A stretch of 64,000 nucleotides of DNA. Source: Phoronis australis. Its lineage: Eukaryota > Animalia > Phoronida. Location of the stretch: the NCBI GenBank assembly GCA_002633005.1, contig NMRA01000256.1, forward strand, positions 282,120-346,119. The letters run 5' to 3'. The notes below the pieces were generated by a model that worked only from the letters and a program-made list of their open reading frames with translations, made no database searches and had not been told where the DNA came from. Positions 42,801 to 54,800 of this stretch are shown piece by piece (position 1 is the stretch's first letter; each line of letters starts with the position of its first letter). Made by a program: the position numbers and the translations under genes.

Positions 42801-45800
42801 AAAAATGAAAGCTCAAAATGAATACGTAACTGTCATTAAATTAGAAGAGAGGAAAATCAGATGTGGGGATTTATGGTCTGATAATATTCAAACTTTATCA
42901 TTGAAAAATATTTGTCACGTGTTACGGAGTTTCTTCAGTTCAGAGCACTCTATGTCAGAACAGTACAATTTATCGAAATTTTGAACAAACACAGTTTACA
43001 TTGTATAGCCATAATCAGAAAACAAAAGACAAGCTTTTGAAAAGTTGACAATTTTGGCAATTATGTTTGAATTTTAGGGAACTTTTGATACTGTACCTTC
43101 AGTGTCTCCAATTTCTCCTCCAAATCTTTCTTTTCCGCCATCAGTCCATCGATGATCTGCTGTTGTTCCAAAGAAACACGCTTTGCCTCCGCACTACTCA
43201 CAGCGGACGCTACCAAGTCCTGTGCACTCGGTGACCTCTTCGATGCAATCTCGCTAACTGCGGTGATGTCCTGGGACACTGGCCGCGCTGGTGTAGTCAT
43301 AGGCTCGTGCATGGAGGCGGTCATCCTGCTGGAAGTATCTGGGGTGGCGCCAGTGGATTTCTTGGAAAGGTCTTGGTTGCTCTGTGACCGCTTCCCACTG
43401 AGGTCTTGGGAGCTGCCTGCTCTCTACAGGATAAAAAGGAGGCTGATTAGAAAATTTTAAAGTTTGTTAAAGTTATTTAAGAAATCAACAAATTATATCA
43501 AAACTACACACAAAAAGAACATTTAATTAAAGGCACATAACTTTTTTTAAATGGATTGTCCATGAAATGCAACATACATAACTATCAAAAACGTTTTAGG
43601 GAATCACATGTCAAAAAACATGAAAAGGCCTGCGAGTTTGAGCACTTCAAATTGCATGACGATTGCACTTCTGCGATAAAATGTGCAACACCATCAATTA
43701 TAACTAACTCTGTGCCGTAATGAACTCACAATTTTAACACAAAACGAGTTTCAAGAAAGTTACTTCCCAAAATACACAATTCATATTTTATTCAATACTA
43801 AACCCTTCTCTATTGCAAAACTGGAACTTCAAAAATTACACACATTTACATTAAACATGAGAAAATTTTTTCTGTTGTCAAAATAGTACGTACTGCTCTT
43901 GGTAACCCAGACTTTGCACCTGGGGTCGCGGCAGGGTCACGACCTTTGGCTGGTGTAGCTGACACATTCTCACTACCTACAAAACATTACAGAGAATCAC
44001 GGTAAAAAGTTATCTATTCATAACACCTATGATAAGTAAAATCTACAAAAAAATTGAGATGATATTGCTTTGCTGAAACTTGAAAACGGCTTCGAGTTAT
44101 TTTACTCACTGATTCACTAGTTGGATAATTTTTGTATCCTTCAAAACACAAGAAGAAGGAATATGGTAATACTATACTTATTTTGCACCCAAATAATTGC
44201 CAAAATTGTCATTTTTTCATTTTTGAAAGGGTGATTACCTTTTGGCAAATGATGAGTTTCAGCAAATGGAGTTTTATGACACACACTACAATACACGCTT
44301 GCAATCAACTAAAATGTTCTTTTAATAAGAACATTTTATGCAAACATTTACCGCAGTACACCATCAAATCAAAGCTGGACCACTCATTCAATGTTCAATT
44401 ACAGCCGTCTTCATCATATCGGGTTAATAACAGTTGGCTCTTACTCCAAAAATTGCTTCTAAAATAAAAACAGTTTTCAATGCACCGCACAACTTCCAAC
44501 TGCAAACACGACTTCCTATTACTTACCACCATAGAGCTAAGATTGCACACAAACACAGTAATTGCACCAGCCCAATGTTTAATGCAACAGCTAATATTAA
44601 GACTAGAGCAAGCTTCATACCTTCCTGAAATCCACTCACTCAGGATGAGTTTGGCATGAGTTTCATGTTATTTGTGAAAAGAGAACAAGAATCATGCTGG
44701 TGTATTTCAACAATACAATTTTCACGAGACAGCATTGTGAGAATACTTTACAAAACAAGATGAAAGAAGTGAAAACAGTTAAATAAGAACGATGTCAATA
44801 GAAAAAGAGAAATAATAAAAAGTTGTCACCAAACAGGTAACATTTTCTTGATTTTTAGGAAGTATAAGTATTTTTCCTAGATAAACATACAAGATTCATT
44901 ATGAATAATCTTCAGTCCATTTTGTCCCAGTCGACAAAGTAAATCCTAATGATGATAAGGTCGTAATTCATCTTGCCAAATGTTCAAAAACAAGATTACA
45001 TAATGTGGTAACCCAGGGAAATTTTATTTTGACAAATGTCCCAACAAAATTGCTAAATTTAATATTATGAAAACAGAAAATCCTACTTTGTATTCAACAT
45101 GTTTTGGACGGTGTAACTGCCAACAAGTATTCATAGCGCTGTAGTAAGCATCTTAACAATAGACTGTTGGCTATTTCAGCAATTATTTTTCCTAACTTAA
45201 AGATTTTTATGTGAAAGTAAAAGCTCTTCATTCACTACGTCCAAGACAACAACCACACACCACAGTTACCACACACAAACCGCCATCGTTATCAAACTCA
45301 GTGTGCGTTCTTTTAGTCTGCGGACATTATACAGATAATGATGTGTTTGTGTTAAGATACCCTGCAGCCATTTCTCGGGCATTGTTTCATCAGTCGTGTT
45401 CCTCGACGAAAAAACATGAGTCCTGTTCCGATAGTGAATTGTGTGGTTACTCGCATTTACGTCTCTGGTATGTCTTCAGTTCTTTGCGGTAAATATGACT
45501 GATAAATGAGGGTCACAGAGACTACAGGGGCAAAGGTGTCAAGAAAGATGACTGAGTAATAAGTACACTAACTTGGAGTAAGTAATAGTCCAACATAAGG
45601 CAAACAGCTCAGCTAAAATACACTAGTTTCCAGAGCAAAATGGACAACGTCAATATTCAACAACAAAGTTTCACAAAACTGCGACTCAATATCCATTAAT
45701 CTTTTTGACTAGAATCATTTCAATTGAAGCTGAATCTCAACAGGTGCAGCTTAATCTGTTGTCAAAAGTGTAATAGCTCATAGTGTTACTGTATTCATAT

Positions 45801-48800
45801 ATAAGTAATCAGCACTAGGCACAGTAACATCACATTAAACTCCAACAAAAGTTCAACACAGGCACCATTTTATTGACTTATTGTAACAATAAGAAAACCA
45901 ATCCAAGTTTGGTACACTCAAGCTGGGTGAGACCAATTTCAAGTTTGTCTACTTAATTTTGAAAACTTAACTGTACAAGTTGTAAAACTTGCAGCTTTAA
46001 AAGCATTTGAATCTTCACTTTTCATGCTAAATCACTTAAATATTATTTCAAGTCATTGAAAACTTTCTGATTCATCGTTCAGTGAAAACTATAAGTGCCA
46101 ATATACAAGCACTGGTTACAACAATAAAAATGTAATTCATGATAACCACAATAATGGCGTTACCACATTTTTCAAAAATCACATTAAGAATGCTATATCA
46201 TGACGCATACTTGAAAACTTGGAAATTTGTTCAACTAGCAAGAAATAAATCATTACCCCCCAAATTCCAAATAAAAAGATCACCGAATATTAGATACAGT
46301 ATACTACCATGCTCGTCCCACTGCCAAATATAATAAACTAAAAATGACATATGTCGAGACCAGATAAAATTAGACAATGCAGAAATAAATTGTCTTCATA
46401 CCTGATGAACAGCCACTCCCACTAAGGCTAGAAAGCTACTGCTTATTAGTGATGTTTTTATTGGATGTAAAGTTGTTTACCCATTTCTATGTTGCCAAAT
46501 ACAATTTACAATGTCATTGTCAAAGCACGTTCACGGGAACAATGACACTGCAAAATAAACTATGCAAACATTGCATGTGACATCCTATAAGATGAGCCTA
46601 TTTCCTCAAGACAATGTTCTACTATCACAAAGCCAAGGAGATGCTTCCTACTGACGACAGAAAAAGCCCAGAGGAGTCCCAACAAGAGAAAGGTCAAATG
46701 GCAGAATGACGGAGATAGTATACCCACCATCGGTCATTCTCAACACAGTTTACTGACAAAATTGTACCTCCAGGTACAGGTTACTGATAATGAACCTCTA
46801 ACAGTCTACCACAACAGTAACAGCCCGGAGCCAGTTCAGGAAAAGCTTGCCAGCTAGAAATTTAACTTTATGAACAAAAGGAATTAATGTTTTCTAAAGT
46901 AAAATAGCCAGAAATCCAAGATTTCAGGTTTGAACCAAACAAGTTTGAGTTCTCCACAACAGAAAGTTGAAACTAGACGAGTTTCAAAGTCTTGGAAACA
47001 GTGCAATGAAATGGCACCAAAAATCCAAAAAGGCCACAATTTGCTGGAAAAAATGACAAGTCTATGAATTTGTACCGCTAAGTTTTAAAACAAGAAAATT
47101 GACTCAATCATGCAACAACTTCAAATAAATTGTGAAGAAAAATGAAAACAAAATTGGCCTGCCATGACAGCAGAATTGAATACAAAGGAACATGAACACA
47201 GGATAAAATAAAAGACTAAGCTAATTGTTAGTATAATGATAAGATATGGTAAGACTATCATTAATGACAGCCTGTGCAGAACCCTGCATAACTAGAGACA
47301 ATCTCAACAATTATGAAATCTCTAATCAGTCAGTGAGGACTTAGAAATAAACAGTTTACAGGACAAATGGAATATCACTTCCTTTATGAAATATCATTTC
47401 ACTTTTCAGCAGTTTTGTGCCACCCCTTTTAAATCACATGCAACACAGATTACCTACACAATTCCATAACTGTAAGTCTTATTATTCCGATGTGTCACTT
47501 GGTGGGTAGGGACTGTCCATTCAGGACAGTGACCCTTCAGGGTAATTGAGGTTTGATATGCATTGTGGACAGACCACTTCTCAACCGCAACGCCACACGG
47601 AATCAACACTTCTGTCATAATTAGCTTAGATTGCTGTCAAAAGTGAAGTAAGCAGATTGTAAATTCAGTATAAGACCAGGTGAGATTTCCTGTGTGGACA
47701 AGATTCGCTTTAACCATGGATAGGATAGGTAAGGAAAAATATCCAACCTTATTTTCTATCTTTAAGAAATATCACAGTTAATTTTTTACCAATACTGCTA
47801 TTAAAGTTTGTAAACACCGTATTATTTAAAAAGTACTGTATATCATTTTACCTAATCTTAAAAAAGCAATTAGATGAGCAGGTTCAATTTCCAAAGCCTT
47901 CATATGTTGCAAATTATCAATTACTATTTACAACAGCTTAATTTGTAATTTCCTGATCCTGGTGGCAAAATACCAACATTTGTTTAAAGTGAAGCAATGC
48001 CTCAAGTGCCCCCTGAAACACGTGATTATAAGAAATCTTACATAATCATGCAACTTGCTGCTTCGTTAGTATTTATGCTGAAGAATACATGTTATACAAG
48101 AGAGTGCAACAGTTACCGTAAACGTTCGGGTTAACGCCCTGGGCGGTTAAATTGGCAAACCCAAAAAATCGGGGGTGGGCGGTTAACTGAGCATGGGCGT
48201 TAACCCGAACGTTTACGGTAATTCTGCAGCTCCTGAGCTTATTCTAAATAAGGCAAGCTGTGGAAAACTTCAGTGTCATAAATTGTAACAATCACCAAAT
48301 AGTTTAATAAATCGACAGTCAGTCAAAGACATCCAGGGGCCATTAACAAATCATTCCCTGTTCCATCTATTAAAAACTGCCTCAGAATAATGCTTCTGTT
48401 CAAATTATAATTTCACATCAGCTTCAAAAAACACTAACGTTTTATGCAGTAATCGAATGTGTGGGATTGAGTTTATGAGTGAGAGGAATTTTGTAAAAGT
48501 GCTAAAGAGCAATCATTATACATGCCAGTATAATCACCATGAGAAGCTATGACTTAGTTTGTTTAAAAAATGATTTGTATTTCTTATAGTGTTAGCATGT
48601 CACTTCTCTATAAACACCCTTAGCACCTTTGGAGTTTGAAAATTATGCAGAAAGAGAACTTAAAAAGTTAACACAATGCAATGTGTGTGTGAGTCAATGT
48701 GTGTGTGTGTGTGTGTGTGCGTGAGTCAATATGTTTGTGTGTGGTGGTTTCAGACCCCACCAATGCAATATCATACCAAGCTGTGAACCACGATAGAACA

Positions 48801-51800
48801 ACATGATTGTTCAAAGGAAACTAGACAAGGGTAGAAAAAGCTTTCGATTATTGTTTGTGATTTCATTTTCAGAAAAATCTTAAAAAGCAAATATCGTAAG
48901 CTCGCAAACACTGAAACATCAACAGAAACATTTACGTTCGGACGAAAAAAACGAACGTGTTTACAATTTTTTGCACCAGAGAAATTCCGAACACACCTTG
49001 CCGAAAATGAGCTGTTCCCAAATTTTGGTATAAATAGCCAACCCAGCTTTGAAAAAGGGAAAACAGTCTTTGATCATTGAGCGCATATGAACACCATCAC
49101 TAATTGAAGGATATCAAACAAGTATCAGACTGTGTTGAACATCTGAGAAAACAATAGATAAGAGGAAAGTGTTACATTACATTCTACACCACTTCCTGGA
49201 GTCTAGATCAAAGTTGAAATTTAAGGTGAGTACAAGGAGAATCAGGAAAGCATCTCTATAACCAGGGATCACTATGATTAATTATTTTTATTTTACAGGA
49301 AAATGGTATTGTAGTCATGGGACTTGCATTCTATCATATGTCAACTGAGTTACAATTGAGTCAGAAAAAGCAAAATACCTTTCAAATCTGGCATCAATAC
49401 GGCAAGAATATTTAAAATGCTACATTTTGTGTTTCAGAAAAAATTCTTTAAGGCAGCAATATTTGGACAGAAGCCAGGCACACATTAAGCAATCACCTGT
49501 ACTAGTAGATTATTTTATTTTGTGCTCAGCTTAAAAGATTAGTACTTGGTACCCACAAAGTCTTTCAAAAATACTCATTGTACTATCAGTTATACTAATA
49601 CCACAATTTTTCCTTTTCATTTCAGAGTTAATAGCTCAGACGACTGAGTGAAAGACAGTCTTGTCATAACACAGGATTGGAAGGAATTGGTGGCGCTTGC
49701 AAGAATCACAGACCTAGAAACAGCAGAATGTTGTTTTCTTTATGCAATCGATGTCAAACTTCAGCCACCATGTTAGCAACAAAACTATGGACATTCCTGA
49801 CCGTTTTGATTTTACTTGAACATGGTGAGTAGAGCTTATTTTTTGAAATCAAATACAGTAAAATTTCACTAATTTAGGACACAATACACAGGACAAGTGA
49901 AATTTTATTTCTTCATTTTTGATAACAAACTGAAACCATAGCACCAAAAAAATGCTTGATCATTTTCAAGTTCTAAAATGCAGCTACCATAGACAATGTT
50001 TGCGAAATTGTGGGAAATTTAAATGATAATAGAAACTTTTGACAAATGATTTAAATCGGTCCATTTTGGTAATTATTATTGTGAGAAATTGACGATTTTA
50101 CCATGCGTGAATACCATTATTTGGACATATTCTAAGCATACAGAAACTGCTTTTTATCTTAATATTTATGCTTTTTTCTCAGCTCTTTTAATTAGTTCAA
50201 CAGTTCTTTTCATTAAATCAGTTAGTAACCCCAAATATTTAATGTAGGACGATATAAAAACGGCCAAATTTGGCAGACTTCAGAACACGATATCTCAGAG
50301 ATGTGTGACTGGAGTCATATGAAACTTTCACATACTACACTTAATTCACTGTTGTCAAACACGCTATTAGGAATTGTTTTTGTTCCACTTTTGCATGAAA
50401 GGCTATCAAAAAATAGGGTTTTTATGATTTTCATGAAAAATCTTTAAAGTTGCATAAAACAGAAACGAAGAGATATTTTAGAAAACTATAACAGCATTTT
50501 TGATATCTCACCTGAAATATGTATATCATATAAAATTTGATCATGTAATTAATACCGGCGTTTCGCTTTTTGCTAAATTTTACTAAAAAGACATGGTCAC
50601 CAGACCAAATTAAAAACAGATTTGTACTTTCAGAACATGTAGTTTCACTTAATTAAAATCTATAGTTTTCTAGATATTTTGATAAATGGCCAGACATGTT
50701 GGTCAGTTCCTGCATAACCATAAGAATTCATTATCTCTATGTCAATTTTATCAAATTGTCATGAATGTAAAAGCCGAGATACACACACATTGTATAGCAG
50801 CGCTGTAAATTTTCTAAAATCCACACTAACAATATATTACAACCTATTACATGCTTGGCTGTAATTTTAGTGTCTTATCTTTACCTTACCACATTTGATA
50901 AACCAGTCTCCTCCAACCTTAAACATCTGTTTCAACACAACTCTTAATGGATACCACTTCTTTCTAACTCCTACTAGATGAACCAGCACAACTAGATAGA
51001 GCTTCCTAGACTGGGCGGAGATTCCTAGACACTAAGGGAGCCAGAGTGATCACGCGCTTCTCTTTTAACACATGGCGATATCTCAAAAAATCTTGCAATT
51101 ACCTGAGATTCTTAACTCTACGAAACACACGCAAGTTACATGCAGACTTTTTTGAAAAAGACAATGTGAATGGTGATTTGGTGATGCATATTGTGTTTTC
51201 TGCAATGAATAGCAAATCATGTCAAAGACCAGACTTTATCTGGAGTAATGACCGTAGGATAATCTTTTTGAGGAAGGAACTCATGCTGAACAAGCCTTTA
51301 ACTTCCTCGTTTAGATGAGAGTGTTAAATAATTTACTCAAACCCTTTATGAATTGAACACAGCACACTTATTCCATACTGAATTGTAGCAGCATGCGACA
51401 GCAATTCAAGTCACAGGCAATGCGTACATTATGCCATTTGTAATTTAAGTGTTAGCCAACCCCTTATTAACTCTGAAGCGTTGCTGATAAATTTGATGTT
51501 CTTGTTGTTGGTAACAGAAATCAAGTACTACTCCGCTAAGGAATATCAGGGGAGTGATTTTAGGAACATAACTGGCATGATTCATCTACATTCTTTGATA
51601 GCTAAATTTATATTGATGAAATGCAGTTTTAAGTAAAAACAAGCTATCTGTTTTGTCAAGTTTGTACACAAAAGACATCCTTTTACTGGCTTCACAATCT
51701 CTCATTAAATCTATGTTTTAATTGTTCTTTTACAGCAAGTGAAGGCAAGCCATACCAAAGCCTAGCGCATCTCTGTCCCACAGGCTTTATTGGATACCAC

Positions 51801-54800
51801 CACTCATGCTACAAGTTTGTAATGATGAAGGCGTCGTGGCCGGAGGCGGAGGTGTATTGTCAGGCGATGAAGTCACACTTGGTCAGCGTGCAGTCATGGA
51901 GGGAGAACTACTTTTTGTTGGAGCATGTACGCCGCCACAGAAGTGAGTGAAATGGCAGTGTGTGAAAAAGGATCGTGGAAAATTATAAAGGGAAATTATG
52001 TGCGTTCAATAATGCTACTTACTTTCTAAATTTGAAATATGAGGCAAGATCTCGAGTGATGCTAGGCTCAACACTTACTTACATAGTACCCTTGAGATGT
52101 CTAAGTAGCCTGTAAAGCCTCAAGCACTTAGGGAAAGTTACTCAACCCCACTAAATGATTGTCTTAAATGCAGAGACAATACAAATTCAAAGTTGCAACT
52201 TCTGCATAATCGCAAGTTAATTGTAATATTGGTCCATGAAATGGAAATGCGCGAGTTAGAAAAATTCACCCCTTTTAAGCTTTTTAACAAAAGTTTATCA
52301 AGGAGAGTGGGAATTATTATATTCTGCTCTTACAATAACCACACATCAACAATTGTTGATTAACACCTAATATCTGATGTATGTTACAGAGGTGTTTGAG
52401 AAGTCCAGCTTTTGGATTGGAGGCAACGACTTTGCCAAAGAGGGCGAATGGCGCTGGGTGGCCACTAATCATGCCATGGACTTTACCTCGTGGTACCAGT
52501 ACCAGCCGGACAATGGTGGCACAGGACACCGCATACGGAACACGGAGAACTGTATGGAAATGGAAAGGAAGTACGGATACCAGTGGAATGACCAGCCATG
52601 TCACATGGGCAACCATTTCATTTGTGAAATTGAACTGCAGCTATAGGGGTGAATGAGGCGGTCTTGGCTGGTCAAGACCGGGGCTGGAACCACCAAAAAT
52701 CTGGAGTCACGTGTTCAGTAAAGGAGTTAAACAGATATCAAGAAACAGGTTTGTGTACTGGAGAGGGGAGTGCGAACTACTGCAAAGGACTCGCCAAAGC
52801 TATCAAGGAAATGAGACTAGGATTTCTCTTTCAGCCTTCAGTTCTGACAAATATTGACAATTTGTCATGAAAATATAAGAACTCCACAGGAAACAGAGTC
52901 CTACAGGTTGTTACAAGAAAATGTGGATGATGAGACAGGGTATGATGTATATTACAAAGAAATTTATGATAACAAGGATTTGAGAATGAGTAGAAGTTTG
53001 TCAAAATTTGTACTTAATCAATTGAAATATATTTTAGTATTTAACATTTATCTTTAGTGTTTTTGTTTCAAGTTAGTCAACACAAGTCATCTGACAACTA
53101 ACAGACCTTAACCAATGATATGACACAGTAATGAACACAGTACCAACACTATCCTTGTCTCTTGCAAAACTAAACAGAACATTGTCAGTAACTTGTTCAT
53201 AGCAAGATGATGTTCTCATTCACACACACTTAACACAATAAAGAGTTGCATCACATCAATGCCTCGTAAGAATGACTACTTACAACTGAAAGGTCATTAT
53301 AAGGCTCATGACAAAAACTAGCATGTGAAAAGAACTTAACCAAGCAAACCAGCAAAAAAGACCTAACTACTCTAAATGATCAAAATTTATAAAAAAAATT
53401 ACGTAGCAGCCAAAATTAAATCAAACTAAATTGATTAGAAAGCTAAACCGAACCTTGACCTAGGTATGAAAATTCTTCTGTGGACGAACTACCAATCACC
53501 AATCTCCAAGCAAATGTCCCAGGTCAGCGAACAACAGATATCAAAAACCTCAGAGCTACATACCTAAATTCCACACACGCACACACTGAAAATACTAACA
53601 AAAGAGATTTTTGACACTTAATCTCTTGTTTGCTGACCAGGCACTGGGTTTTGAGAATTACACCATGAATTTAGAGAACAGACCATGGAATGTTTCTATA
53701 CACTGCTTCTACACCAAGCTACAAGTAAGTTCTGTATTGCATGCTACACGCTCAACATCAAACTGATTTATATTTCTGCAGCCGACTGTATATTCTGGGC
53801 GTGACTTTAATATGCTATTCAAATGAATAAGAGAATGTTTTTTCAAATTCGAACAAAGTATTTTTAGAACGATAGAATGCTAATGGGTTCACCCAACCAT
53901 GAAAAGTGGGTACAAGGAACTCTCACCATCTCCTAGACACATCCTTCACTTGATAGAGCACACACAACGCCAGAATATATAACACTTATCAAAACAGTGT
54001 TACCAAAAGACCCACCGGTTGACACAGGTAACACAACCAGTGGTCTGTGTCATTTCTAAATCAGCCATGACAAAAATTGCCTGGTGATTTGTAGGTTGAA
54101 AACACGCACATCAAACAATAAGAGATTATTATATAGTGATTTTATACGAAGAGCTGCAAACAGAAAGTTGTTAAGAAACACTGGTTAGTTGTGAAGCCAG
54201 TTAATTTCTCCAAACACCACCATTATTTTGCGACTCACTTTTACCATGCGATGATGATGGAGGCTTTAACAACGACACGGGAGTGGGTCGTTTTAAGCCA
54301 GGAGAGTCTTCTGAACTTGAGTCAGTAACTTGAGAAAATAAACACACAAAAGTCATGAACTTGAACACTGCAGTTCAACTTAAGTACAGCTGTGAGGTAA
54401 CACAGACAAAATTGTTTTCTGAAATGTTTTGCTCGTGATGTGAGAAGAACATCACAACATATTACATAGTTATCAAAGTCCCAACAACACCAGCAAAAAA
54501 TGAACACAAGGCAGCAATTTCATGCATTCGTAGCAAGGTACACTTTAGTGGTGATTAGTTTTAATTCAATTCCAAAAAGCACACACGATTGGCAGTGCTT
54601 AAAACTTCACCGAAAATGTTTCCCGTCAATATTTACAAAATAATAAGTTTTTGCCCTTGAAATGTGACATTTACTCACTTCCACGAACGGTAGTAGGTGG
54701 CCTGAGAGCACTTTTGACTTCTCGCTTCACCTTTGGTGTCTCTGTTGGATCAGAAGACTGGCCACCAGAGGGTGTTGAGGAACCCTCTTCACCAATGACT

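Noticed and set aside
53454-53477. 24-nt DCTN1 microexon
   Set aside because: Weak donor (gttcgg) and a peptide with no supporting character.
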